A program made the position numbers and the translations under genes. Positions 9,797 to 19,769 of a stretch of DNA of 64,000 nt are shown piece after piece. The notes beneath the pieces are model-generated. The model saw only the letters and a program-made list of their open reading frames with translations, was not told where the DNA came from and ran no database searches. The stretch's first letter is position 1; the number at the start of each line of letters is the position of its first letter. The DNA lies in contig SIAN01000013.1 in NCBI GenBank assembly GCA_009691715.1, forward strand, positions 24,868 to 88,867, given 5' to 3'. The DNA is from Planctomycetota bacterium. Lineage in GTDB: Bacteria > Planctomycetota > B15-G4 > SIAN01.

Positions 9797-11224
9797 TCAG
9801 CGTTCGAGCTGCCGGACCTTCACGTTGCGAAAGGCGACGGCGTCGCCGTGGTCCTGCAGCAGCAGGTGGCCGTCGGGCCACTCGCCGAAGCCCGCGATCG
9901 CGTGGTACTTGCTGGCTGCGACGCGCGCGCGGAAGTCGGGTGATCCGCGCTCGTACTCGACGAGCTTGACGCCGTTCAGCCAGTGCTCGACACGGGTCGC
10001 ACCCGAGACGATGCGCGCCGTGTTCCACTCGCCGATCGCGCGCGCCGGCTTGTCCGCAGGCGCCGCGATCAGGTCGTAGAGCGAGGCGAGCGTTCGGTTG
10101 CCATCGCGCCCCAGTTTTGCGTCGGGGTGGCGCGCGTCGTCGAGCAACTGGAACTCGCAGCCGATCGCCGATCCCACCGCTGCCGGCTTCCCGTCGGCGC
10201 CGATCGGCCGCAGATCGGGCTGCACGAAGTACTTGATGCCGCTGTTCGCGCCGCTCGACAACCGGAAGTCGAGCTCGATCTCGAACGTGGCGAAGCGCTC
10301 GATCGTGATCAGGTCGCCGCCGCCCGCTGATTCGCCGCTGCTCGACCGTGCGACCTGCAGCAGACCGTTCGCGATCGCCCAGCCGCGTTCGGGGAAGGCG
10401 GGGCCGCGCGCACTGCGCCATCCGGCCGGCGTCGTGCCATCGAAGAGCAGGCGCCAACCGGCGGCGCGCTCGGCGTTCGTGAGCGTGTTGATTGGCACTG
10501 GCGGCAGCAGCTCGCGCAGGCGGAGCTTCCGAAAGCGGACCTGCGCGCCGACTTTCGCCGGATCGTCGCCGACTCCATGCACCTGCAGCGCGATCACGCC
10601 ACACGGCGTCATCGCATCGTGCAGTTGCGCGCGCAGCTCGCCGTTCAGCCAGGTGGTCAGCTCGGGGCCGTGCGCGATCACGCGCAGTTCGTTCCAGTCG
10701 TCGGGTCGACTCAACTCGCGCCCTTGCGCGCTGAAAGCGGCGCCGGCCGCTCCCTTTTCTTCCCCGCCCGGATCGAGCCAGCCGCGCCGCGCCTCGTCGT
10801 ACAGGCCGGCGCTCCACCAGCGGTCGCGCTTCGGATCCATGTCGATCTCGGACTGGTAGCCACGCACGCGATCATCGGCGCCGATCTCGCTGCGCAGTTG
10901 CACGCCCGAGTTGAGCGCGGAGTCGACCTTGAACTCGAGCAGCAGCTCGAAGTCGCCATAGGATGTAGTGGTGCAGAGAAAGCTGTTGGGGCTGCCGGCG
11001 ACGGTCTCGCCCACGATCGCAGCAGCGTCACTGCCGGCGTCTTCGACGAAGTAGTTGGCCGTCCCCGAGTGCACCGCCCAGCCGCCGAGGTCGCGCCCGT
11101 TCCAGAGCTCGCGCCAGCCGTCGACGCGGGATTGCGCCGGGGCGGCGCAGGCCAGAGCGCCGGTGAGCGCGACAGCGAGGGCGACTGTGAGTGAGCCGGC
11201 GACACGCCTTGCAGGAGTCGGCAT
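9797..11224 (-). CDS. Secreted protein with two tandem DUF1080 (3-keto-disaccharide hydrolase-like) domains
   Basis: 475 aa from ATG 11224 (in frame with the 1035-aa track ORF). Signal peptide [32 protein letters not shown]. Two repeats of the W..LFNG.dL.GW ... NSG.q ... E.Q.lD pattern, each ending in FR.l.l.eL. The upstream 560 codons of the track ORF are antisense to the carboxyltransferase gene. Confidence 0.82.
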   Translation of the reverse strand: MPTPARRVAGSLTVALAVALTGALACAAPAQSRVDGWRELWNGRDLGGWAVHSGTANYFVEDAGSDAAAIVGETVAGSPNSFLCTTTSYGDFELLLEFKVDSALNSGVQLRSEIGADDRVRGYQSEIDMDPKRDRWWSAGLYDEARRGWLDPGGEEKGAAGAAFSAQGRELSRPDDWNELRVIAHGPELTTWLNGELRAQLHDAMTPCGVIALQVHGVGDDPAKVGAQVRFRKLRLRELLPPVPINTLTNAERAAGWRLLFDGTTPAGWRSARGPAFPERGWAIANGLLQVARSSSGESAGGGDLITIERFATFEIELDFRLSSGANSGIKYFVQPDLRPIGADGKPAAVGSAIGCEFQLLDDARHPDAKLGRDGNRTLASLYDLIAAPADKPARAIGEWNTARIVSGATRVEHWLNGVKLVEYERGSPDFRARVAASKYHAIAGFGEWPDGHLLLQDHGDAVAFRNVKVRQLER

Positions 11225-11359
11225 CGGGCACCTTCTTCGCGGCGCAGGAATAGTTTGAATCGAGTCGCCGAGGGCGCGAGCGTAGCCGCCTCTCGCGGAC
11301 GTCACTTCTCCTGGCGCCTCGCTCCGCGCAGAATCGCCCGCCTTCCGCGCCAGCCGCGG

Positions 11360-12922
11360 ATGGCGACTGGGGAGTCCATGAGCTCGAAACTCGATCGGAT
11401 GAAGGCGTTGCGCGAGCAGACGCTGGTGGGCGGCGGTCCAGAACGGATCGCGGCGCAGCACAAGCAGGGGAAGCTCACCGCGCGCGAGCGGATCGACCTC
11501 TTGCTTGATGAGGGATCGTTCGTCGAACTCGATCGTTACGTCGAGCACCAGTGCGACAGCTTTGGCATGGGCGCCAAGAAGGTGCCGGGCGATGGCGTCG
11601 TGACCGGTCACGGCACGATCGACGGGCGGCCGCTGTTCGTCTTCAGCCAGGACTTCACGGTGTGGGGCGGGTCGCTCGGCGCCGCGCATGCGCAGAAGAT
11701 CTGCAAGGTGATGGACCAGGCGCTGAAGGTCGGCGTGCCGGTGGTCGGGATGAACGACAGCGGCGGCGCGCGCATTCAGGAGGGGGTCGCGGCGCTCGGC
11801 GGTTATGCCGACATCTTCCTGCGCAACACGCTGGCGAGCGGCGTCGTGCCGCAGTTGAGCGCGATCATGGGCCCGTGCGCCGGCGGCGCGGTCTATTCGC
11901 CGGCGATCACCGACTTCGTCACGATGGTCGAAGGCACGAGCTACATGTTCGTGACCGGGCCGAACGTGGTGAAGACGGTCACCCACGAGCAGGTCACGAG
12001 CGAGGATCTGGGCGGCGCGACGGTGCACGCCAGCAAGTCGGGTGTCGCCCACTTCACCGCGCCGACCGACGCCGATGCGCTGGCGCTGCTGCGACGGCTC
12101 TTCTCCTTCCTCCCGCTCAACAATCGCGAGGACCCGCCGCGGCGCAAGAACGGCGACGAGCCCGATCGCGAGTCGCCCGAACTCGACACGTTGGTGCCGG
12201 AGAACCCGAACAAGCCGTACGACATGCACCAGGTGATCCGCGCCATCGTCGACGCCGGCGACTTCCTGGAGGTGCATGACAAGTTTGCGAAGAACCTGAT
12301 CGTCGGTTTCGCGCGGCTCGACGGTCGGCCGATCGGCATCGTCGCCAACCAGCCGGCGCACCTCGCGGGCGTGCTCGACATCGACGCGTCGCTGAAGGGC
12401 GCGCGCTTCGTCCGCTTCTGCGACTGCTTCAACATTCCGCTGGTCGTGTTCGAGGACGTTCCCGGCTTCCTGCCAGGCGTCGCGCAGGAGCACGGCGGGA
12501 TCATCAAGCACGGCGCCAAGCTGCTCTACGCCTTCTGCGAGGCGACCGTCCCGAAGATCACCGTCATCACGCGCAAGGCCTACGGCGGCGCCTACGACGT
12601 GATGAACAGCAAGCACGTGCGCGGCGACCTCAACCTCGCCTGGCCGACCGCCGAGTGCGCGGTGATGGGGGCCGCGGGCGCGGTCGAGATCATCTTCAAT
12701 CGGCAGATCGCGGCGGCGGCCGATCCGAAGGCGGAGAAGGAGAAGCTCACCGCCGAGTACCTCGAGCGGTTCGCCAACCCCTACGAGGCGGCGCGCCGCG
12801 GCTTCATCGACGACGTCATCGAACCGCGCACCACGCGCCGCCACCTGTCGCGCGCGCTGGCGCTGCTGAAGACGAAGCACGACAGCAATCCGCCGCGCAA
12901 GCACGGGAACCTGCCGCTTTGA
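11360..12922 (+). CDS. pccB: Propionyl-CoA carboxylase beta chain / methylmalonyl-CoA carboxyltransferase (PccB/AccD5 type)
   Basis: [57 protein letters not shown] and [11 protein letters not shown] are typical. Start uncertain: ATG 11360 or ATG 11378 (GGGGAG only 3 nt upstream); both are in frame. Confidence 0.9.
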   Translation: MATGESMSSKLDRMKALREQTLVGGGPERIAAQHKQGKLTARERIDLLLDEGSFVELDRYVEHQCDSFGMGAKKVPGDGVVTGHGTIDGRPLFVFSQDFTVWGGSLGAAHAQKICKVMDQALKVGVPVVGMNDSGGARIQEGVAALGGYADIFLRNTLASGVVPQLSAIMGPCAGGAVYSPAITDFVTMVEGTSYMFVTGPNVVKTVTHEQVTSEDLGGATVHASKSGVAHFTAPTDADALALLRRLFSFLPLNNREDPPRRKNGDEPDRESPELDTLVPENPNKPYDMHQVIRAIVDAGDFLEVHDKFAKNLIVGFARLDGRPIGIVANQPAHLAGVLDIDASLKGARFVRFCDCFNIPLVVFEDVPGFLPGVAQEHGGIIKHGAKLLYAFCEATVPKITVITRKAYGGAYDVMNSKHVRGDLNLAWPTAECAVMGAAGAVEIIFNRQIAAAADPKAEKEKLTAEYLERFANPYEAARRGFIDDVIEPRTTRRHLSRALALLKTKHDSNPPRKHGNLPL

Positions 12923-12957
12923 GCGCCACGCGTCCCGGCGCCAGTGAAGGGCCGCGC

Positions 12958-14511
12958 GTGGCGCGTCCCTTTCGTCGCGTGCTGATCGCGAATCGTGGCG
13001 AGATTGCGCTGCGCGTGATGCGGGCGTGCCGCGAGCGCGGGCTCGAGACCGTCGCCGTCCACTCCGATGCCGACGGCGCCGCGCTCCACGTGCGCATGGC
13101 CGACTTCGCCGTGCGCCTCGGCCCGCCGCCGCCGCGCGAGAGCTACTTGGACGGGGCCAAGGTGCTGGCTGCCGCGAAGGCGAGCGGCGCCGACGCGATC
13201 CACCCGGGCTACGGCTTCCTCTCCGAAAACGCGGACTTCGCCGAGAGCGTTGCGCAAGCAGGCTTGGTCTGGATCGGCCCTCCCGCCTCTGCGATCCGCG
13301 CGATGGGGGAGAAGACCGCCGCGCGCAAGCGGATGCAGGCGGCTGGCGTGCCGGTCGTCCCGGGCGTTGTCGAGCCGATCGAAGATCACGCTGAACTGCT
13401 GAGGATCGCCCGCGAGGTCGGCTTCCCCGTGATGTTGAAGGCGGCGGGTGGCGGCGGCGGCAAGGGCATCCGCATCGTCCACCAGGAATCGGAACTCATC
13501 TCGTCGTTCGAGCGCGCGCGCAGCGAGGCGGAGAACTCCTTCAAGAGCAGCGCCGTCTACCTCGAGAAGTTCCTGGCCCTGTCGCACCACATCGAGATCC
13601 AGATCCTCGCCGACGCTCACGGCAACGTGGTGCATCTGGGCGAACGCGAATGCTCGATGCAGCGGCGGCATCAGAAGGTGATCGAGGAGTCGCCCTCGCC
13701 GCTGATGACGCCCGAACTGCGTGCGCGCATGGGCAAGGCGGCCTGCGACGCGGCGCGCGCCGTCGGTTACCTGAACGCCGGAACCATCGAGTGCCTCGTC
13801 CCCGACGCGTCTCCAGGTACGAGTGGCGCCACGCGCGACTTCTATTTCCTCGAGATGAACACGCGTCTGCAGGTGGAGCATCCGGTCACCGAGATGGTCA
13901 CGGGCCTCGACCTCGTGCATCTGCAGCTTGCGATCGCCGCCGGTGAAAAGCTGCCCTTCACGCAAGAGCAGGTGAATTGGCGCGGCCACGCGATCGAGGC
14001 GCGCCTCTGTGCCGAGGAACCGGAGCGCGGCTTCGTGCCGGCCACCGGCACCATCGCGAGCCTCGAACTGCCAGGCGGTCCCGGCGTGCGGCTCGACTCC
14101 GCGCTCTACGACGGCCTCGAAGTCGGCGTCCACTACGACTCGATGCTGGCCAAGCTGATCGTCCACGCCGCGACGCGCGAGCAGGCGATCGAGCGGTTGC
14201 TGCGCGCGCTGCGCGAGGTGCGCATCGCCGGCGTCGCCCACAACGCGGCGTTCCTCGCGCGCGTCGCCGACTCGGCCGAGTTCCGCTCGGGGAACTACCA
14301 CACCAAGTCGATCGAGGCGCGGCTCGACACGTTCCTCGGCAAGCCGTCGCGCGCTGCGATTGAGCGCGCCGCGTTGATCGCCGCGTTGCTGCATCGCGAG
14401 TCGCTGAAGCGCGGTGCAGCCGAGCAGTCGCTGCACGCCGATTCGGGCGAGGCCGTGAGCGTCTGGTTGCACGAAGGGCGCCGCCGCCAACTGTCGAGGA
14501 ACCAGCCGTGA
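12958..14511 (+). CDS. Biotin carboxylase subunit (stand-alone ATP-grasp BC of an acyl-CoA carboxylase)
   Basis: 517 aa from GTG 12958 (GAAGG 7 nt upstream, in frame with the track ORF). RRVLIANRGEIALRVMRA, HPGYGFLSEN, MLKAAGGGGGKGIRIV, EMNTRLQVEHPVTE. No biotinyl domain is fused. Confidence 0.9.
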   Translation: MARPFRRVLIANRGEIALRVMRACRERGLETVAVHSDADGAALHVRMADFAVRLGPPPPRESYLDGAKVLAAAKASGADAIHPGYGFLSENADFAESVAQAGLVWIGPPASAIRAMGEKTAARKRMQAAGVPVVPGVVEPIEDHAELLRIAREVGFPVMLKAAGGGGGKGIRIVHQESELISSFERARSEAENSFKSSAVYLEKFLALSHHIEIQILADAHGNVVHLGERECSMQRRHQKVIEESPSPLMTPELRARMGKAACDAARAVGYLNAGTIECLVPDASPGTSGATRDFYFLEMNTRLQVEHPVTEMVTGLDLVHLQLAIAAGEKLPFTQEQVNWRGHAIEARLCAEEPERGFVPATGTIASLELPGGPGVRLDSALYDGLEVGVHYDSMLAKLIVHAATREQAIERLLRALREVRIAGVAHNAAFLARVADSAEFRSGNYHTKSIEARLDTFLGKPSRAAIERAALIAALLHRESLKRGAAEQSLHADSGEAVSVWLHEGRRRQLSRNQP

Positions 14512-15101
14512 GGTACTTCGTCACCCTCCACGGCGAGTCGATCGAGGTCGAACTCGGCCCGACCAAGGACGGCAAGACCGCCGCGCAAATCCACCGGCGG
14601 GGCGGAGCGACCGGCGTAGCGACCGGCGTAGCGTCAGGCGAGCGGGCGACGGTCGCCGAGGCGTCAGTGTCGAGTTCCGACCATCTCGTCGAACTGCGCT
14701 CGATCGCCGGACTCGACCACGCCGCGATCGTCGTCGACGGCCGCTGCCTCGACGTGCTGCTGTCCGAAGACGCACGCGGACTGCACCTGACCGTCGACGG
14801 CCAGCGCCATGAGGTCGCCGTCGAAGACGAGCGCGAACGCGCCGCCCACCTCGCCGTCGCCAGCGCCCCGAAGGGCCCGATCACCGTGCGTGCGCCGATG
14901 CCGGGCATTCTGCGCGCCGTGCTGGTGAAGCCCGGCGACGCCGTGCTGCCCGGCCAACCGCTCGTCATCCTCGAAGCGATGAAGATGGAAAACGAACTGC
15001 GTGCCGAGCACGCCGGCCTCGTGCGCGAGGTGAAGGTCGCCGCGGGCACGCCGGTCGACGGCGGCGCGCCGCTGATCGTGATCGAGCCGCTGAAGAGCTG
15101 A
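14508..15101 (+). CDS. Biotin carboxyl carrier protein (biotinyl/lipoyl domain) with a ~120-aa N-terminal extension
   Basis: 197 aa. The C-terminal 70 aa carry PMPGILRAVLVKPGD...LVILEAMKMENELRA (the EAMKM biotinylation motif). The GTG start overlaps the BC stop as GTGA (14508-14511), which suggests translational coupling. Confidence 0.88.
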   Translation: MRYFVTLHGESIEVELGPTKDGKTAAQIHRRGGATGVATGVASGERATVAEASVSSSDHLVELRSIAGLDHAAIVVDGRCLDVLLSEDARGLHLTVDGQRHEVAVEDERERAAHLAVASAPKGPITVRAPMPGILRAVLVKPGDAVLPGQPLVILEAMKMENELRAEHAGLVREVKVAAGTPVDGGAPLIVIEPLKS

Positions 15102-15113
15102 CGCGGCGCGCCG

Positions 15114-17611
15114 GTGGCGGGTGCTGAGGTCCTCCGAACCGTCGGCAACCGCGTGACTTGTGACGAGGCGGGCGTCGCCACCTTCCCGCGCGTCGAAGGC
15201 GTGCTGCGATGGATGGCGAGCGACGGCACGCGGTGGGGAGCTCGCGAGCTGCCGTCCGACGCTGCCGATCGAGTGCCGATCGCGATCTGGGCGCAGCAAA
15301 CGGTCGACGTCAACGTCGTCGACCGCGACGGGAAGGGCATCGCGGGCGTCCCGGTCGCGGTCGGGAGCCGTCCATGGCTGGAACATCGGCTCGTCCGCTC
15401 GAGATCACCCGACGAGGGGAGTGCTCCGCGGGCGGCGTCGATCGACACGGCGTGGCCGGCCGGTTTCGCCGGCGTCGTGGCGACGGTCGCACCGGAGGGT
15501 CTCGCCCGCTTCCCACACGCCGAAGGCTGGCGCGAGCCGAACGAGTCGATCGCCGTGGTCGCGACACTGGGCTTCCCGGTCTTCGAGCGTCAGGATCTGG
15601 TCCTCACCGGAACGTTGGCGGGCGTTCGTCGCCAGCTGCAGTTGCCGCCGACCGGCCGCGTCGTGCTCCGATTCGAGGGGGTCGAACTCGGCGTCGTCCA
15701 GCTTCGCCTTCGCGTCGCTCCGCTTGACCGTCCGCACTGGCGCGACTTCGAGCCGGCGCGCGCGGCGCCGGTGGCGGGGACTCTCGAAGGACCGCGGCGC
15801 GACGGTGAGACGGTCGAGTTCGAGGCGCAGGGTGAGGCGACGTTGCCGCGGCTGGTCGGCCGGATCGTCGACGAGGACGGCAGCGTCGTCGCAGCTCGCG
15901 AGGTCGAGTTCCACGTGAACCAGTGGTGGAGCGATCAGCATGGCGGCCGCTACGAGAACACCGGGTGGACACTGACGACCGGGCCGGACGGCAGCTTCGA
16001 CTTCAACGTCGACGGCGACATCCTCGTCGCCACCACCCGCCTCCTCACGATTGGCGAACCGCGGCGACACGACTGCAACGAGTCCGGCGCGCGCGGCGCG
16101 ATGTTCGACCTCACTGCCCCGATGAAGCTGGGCCGCACTGATCTCGGCAGAGTCGTGCTCTACCGTCCCGGCTCGCTCGCCCACGTGCGCCGACTCTCCG
16201 ACGACGAAATCGAACGCGTTTACCTCGTCGCGCGCGGCGGTTGCGGATTCAGCGGCGATCCGCAGCACGATGCCGACAACTGCCTCACGGTGATGGCGGA
16301 GCGGCGAGGCGCGAGCTGGCGATCGCCGCTGGCAACCGGGTCGAAGTGACGTTCCCCGACTCGATCGAGTTGGCCTGCTCGCTCACGAGCCGCGACAACG
16401 TCGGCCGACCCGTTCCTCCATGTCCCGTTCGTCGGCGACTACCGCGTGCTCGACCTCGTCACGCGCGACGATCGGCGAATCGTCGACCGCTTTCCCGGCG
16501 GCGTCGAGACGATCAGCGGGATGTTGTCGGTCGTCGTCGGCGAGCGGGTCGTCCCGATCTTGAGCCAGTACGAGGTGGTCGACGCGTTCGCCCGCTTCGA
16601 GCCGAAGCTGACGCCGCTCCACGTGCCGAGCCCGTTGCAGAGGCCGGCGCCGCGCGCCGACGAGCGCTGCTACGACCGCACCAACTACATCATCGCGTTC
16701 GTGGTCGAGCCGTTGCCTGGCAGCGAATGCTCGATGAGCCTCGCCAGCCACCTCGGCGGCTTCGAGGAGGGCTCGTCGATCGCGAGCGGCGAGCCGATCG
16801 AGTTCACCGAGAAGCGGATCAACTTGAATGGCGCGCTGACCGAATCGCGACCGCGGCTCAGCGTCACGGCGTTCGAGGCTTCGCTGAAGCTGTCGAAGAG
16901 CTACACGCTCGAGCTGCCGATCGAGCTGGCGCCCCGAAACACGGCCACGCTCGAGGACACGATCGCGCTGCGCGATCTCTGGACCTTCGAGCAGACCTGG
17001 GCCTGGGGCCAGACCAGCGGCACCTCCGACTTCGGCGCTGGGCCGGTGCAGGTCGGCATGGTGGACGCGGGTGGAGACCTCGCGTTCCGGATCGCGAGCG
17101 GCCCGATCGGCACCGAAGCAGTCTTTCGCAGTCGGCGAAGGCGCGCGCGCTCACCGCCTCGCCGGCCCTCGCGACCTCGCTCTCGATCGACGTCGGTCTC
17201 AACGACCCGGGAGTCGTGCCGGGCAACTTCCACCCGGATGCCGGAATCCCTGACGACTACCACTCCCTCCTCGACCACACCTTCCGCTCGATCCCGGTGA
17301 TGCTGCGCCCGTTCGGCGTCGCCGCCGCCGACGAGTTCATCTGGCGCCGTCCGATGGTCTGGATGGACTACGACGAGCGCACGGGAGCCAATCGGCCGAT
17401 CTACGGTCTCGAATCGAGCAACTGGCTGCGCTCGATGTTGGTCGCGATGAAGGCCGAGGCGACCGCGTTCAACGACCATCGCGTGACCGTGCGCCTGGCG
17501 CGGGCCGTCTTCAAGGGGCCGCCGGGCGAGGAGATCGGCTCGCTCTTCAGCAGTTCGATCACCGACGAGCGCGACCAGATCGAGTTCATCCCGAAGCAGG
17601 TGGCGCGCTGA
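15114..17611 (+). pseudogene. Large hypothetical protein with repeated beta-sandwich-like segments; reading frame broken at ~16300, ~16405 and ~17130 (pseudogene or assembly indels)
   Basis: Protein-like, high-GC3 translation moves from the 15114 frame (track ORF 15114-16349) to the 16241 frame (ELAIAAGNRVEVTFPDSIELACSLTSRDNVG). It returns to the first frame (DPFLHVPFVGDYRVLDLV..., track ORF 16446-17300), then moves again to the 16241 frame (SAKARALTASPALATSLSIDVGLNDPGVVPGNF... to the stop at 17611). No start codons sit at the junctions. Confidence 0.6.
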
Positions 17612-17731
17612 GTCCCCCGGTGCGCGGCACCGGTCGGCAGTCGGCGGCGCTCCCGCTATCCTCCCGCGCTTCCACCGCCCCCTTGAACGGCCGTGCCGTC
17701 GGGGTGGTGGGTTCATCGACGACGCGAGACC

Positions 17732-19423
17732 ATGACTCCGATCCCATCGAACGGCCCCGGCGGCTCCACCCCCGACTTCAAGGCCGAGCTTGAGACGCTG
17801 CTCGGCCTAAGGACCGTCACCTACAAGTACGGCTTCTCGAAGGAGCAGCTCTTCCACGAGGCGATCGCGAACGACCGCGGCCGCGTGAAGAAGGACGGGC
17901 CGAGCGACGCGCAGAAGGCGTACGCGACGAAGCTCGGGACGAAGGGGCCGCTGGTCTACTACACCGACCCCGACTGCACGGGGCGGCGGGTGAAGGACAC
18001 GTTCGCGGTGAAGTGGCCCGAGGTGGCCGACGAGATCTGGTGGAAGGACGACGTCCAGCCCTACGACCCCGACAAGTACCAGGGGCTGTTGAAGCGGGTC
18101 GTCGAGCATCTGAACGCGAAGAAGGCGTCGCTCTATGTGAAGGACGTCTTCGTCGGCGCGGACGCGAGCTTCGCGCTGCCCTACCGCTTCGTCGGCGAGT
18201 ACGCGACGCACGCGATGTTCGCCCACAACATGTTTCCGAAGGACATGGTCGGGGTGAAGGACGTCGCCGCGCGGCGCTGGACGATGCTGAACGCGCCGTC
18301 GTTCACCTGCGAGCCGGCGCGCGACGGCAGCCGCTCCGAGGCGGCGATCATCATCGACGTGAAGAACCGGATCTGCCTCGTGGCCGGCCGCGCTGACTAC
18401 TGCGGCGTGGTGAAGAAGACGATCTTCACGGTCGGCAACTACCTGCTGCCGAAGCAGGGGCGGCTGTCGATGCATTGCTCTGCGAATGTGGGCATGAAGG
18501 GCGATGCCGCGATCCTGTTCGGGCTGTCGGGCACCGGCAAGACCACGCTGTCCGCGGACCCGAGCCGGCGGCTGATCGGCGACGACGAGACGATCTGGAG
18601 CGACAACGGGCTCTGCAACCTCGAGGACGGCTGCTACGCCAAGCTGATCGACCTCAACAAGGAAGCTGAGCCGGTCATCGCTGCCGCGCTGAGCAAGTCG
18701 GGCACGATCATCGAGAACGTGCCGCCCGCGAAGGGCAAGACGATGGCGGAGTGCGATCCGCAGGAGCTCGACCTCGCCGACAAGTCGATCACCGAGAACA
18801 CGCGCTTCAGCTACCCGCTGAGCGCGAACCCCAACGTGATGCCGAATGCGCAGGGGCCACATCCCGAGACGATCGTGATGCTTACGGCGGACGCCTTCGG
18901 CGTGCTGCCGCCGGTGTCGATCCTCGACCCCGACCAGGCGATGTACCACTTCGTTTCGGGGTTCACGGCGAAGCTGGCCGGCACCGAGGTCGGCGTCACG
19001 GAACCGAAGGCGGCCTTCTCGGCCTGCTTCGGCGCGCCGTTCATGGCGCACAAGCCGCCGGTCTACGCCAAGCTGCTCGCCGCCAAGATGCAGAAGCACA
19101 AGGCGCGCTGCATCCTGCTCAACACCGGCTGGAGCGGCGGCCCGTACGGCGTCGGCAAGCGCATGTCGATCGGCCACACGCGCGCGCTGCTGAACGCTGC
19201 GCTCGAGGGCAAGCTCGACCAGGTCGAATGCGAGACCCACCCGATCTTCAACATGAAGATCCCGAAGAGCTGCCCGGGCGTGCCCTCCGAAGTCTTGAAT
19301 CCGAAGAACACCTGGAAGGACAAGGCCGCCTACGACGCGACTGCGACCAAGCTGCGCGACATGTTCCGCAAGAACTTCGAGGACAAGAAGTTCGCGGCGC
19401 TCGGCATCAAGCCGGCGATGTAA
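17732..19423 (+). CDS. pckA: Phosphoenolpyruvate carboxykinase (ATP-dependent)
   Basis: 563 aa from ATG 17732 (in frame with the track ORF). Kinase-1a motif LFGLSGTGKTTLS, IGDDE, and the GWSGGPYGVGKRMSI region are typical of ATP-PEPCK. Confidence 0.9.
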   Translation: MTPIPSNGPGGSTPDFKAELETLLGLRTVTYKYGFSKEQLFHEAIANDRGRVKKDGPSDAQKAYATKLGTKGPLVYYTDPDCTGRRVKDTFAVKWPEVADEIWWKDDVQPYDPDKYQGLLKRVVEHLNAKKASLYVKDVFVGADASFALPYRFVGEYATHAMFAHNMFPKDMVGVKDVAARRWTMLNAPSFTCEPARDGSRSEAAIIIDVKNRICLVAGRADYCGVVKKTIFTVGNYLLPKQGRLSMHCSANVGMKGDAAILFGLSGTGKTTLSADPSRRLIGDDETIWSDNGLCNLEDGCYAKLIDLNKEAEPVIAAALSKSGTIIENVPPAKGKTMAECDPQELDLADKSITENTRFSYPLSANPNVMPNAQGPHPETIVMLTADAFGVLPPVSILDPDQAMYHFVSGFTAKLAGTEVGVTEPKAAFSACFGAPFMAHKPPVYAKLLAAKMQKHKARCILLNTGWSGGPYGVGKRMSIGHTRALLNAALEGKLDQVECETHPIFNMKIPKSCPGVPSEVLNPKNTWKDKAAYDATATKLRDMFRKNFEDKKFAALGIKPAM

Positions 19424-19769
19424 CTCGCGGCTTGCGGCGGGGGATCGTCTGCTTCGTCGGAGCGCCCATCGCAGTGTCCTGCGGACACAGCTTCGGGACG
19501 CTCCTCCTCGCATCTGACCCACCGGCGCTGCGCCGCTGGGGCGGGTCGAAGACGAGGGCGACCGATTGTCCGCCGTTTTGTTCCGGTTGTTCCGGGACTG
19601 GAACGGCGCCATCAGCCTACGAGGGTCCGCTCAACGACTGTGGCGGTGGGCCGCGGGGGCCGCTGAGGCGCTCGTCGGCTGCTACGCCTGGTTGGGCAGC
19701 ATCCTGAATCGAAGACTCATCCGGCTCATTCTGCAGCGGGACCTCCCGGCCGTTGCGCTGGAGATCGTG

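Noticed and set aside
9797-12904. 1035-aa ORF on the minus strand
   Set aside because: It is a composite. Only 9797-11224 encodes the DUF1080 protein (signal peptide at the internal Met). The rest is the antisense frame of the carboxyltransferase gene, kept open by high GC.
14606-14629. 12-bp direct duplication GCGACCGGCGTA x2 inside the BCCP gene
   Set aside because: It is in frame (giving GVATGVA) within a low-complexity linker. It is a trivial local duplication, not a separate feature.
16290-17140. Programmed ribosomal frameshifting as the explanation for the frame hops
   Set aside because: I found no slippery heptamer or stimulatory structure at the junctions. Three shifts in one gene, two of them compensatory, fit indel mutations or errors better.
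17807-19612. 601-aa minus-strand ORF
   Set aside because: It is antisense to pckA, whose kinase motifs are clear. This is a shadow ORF.
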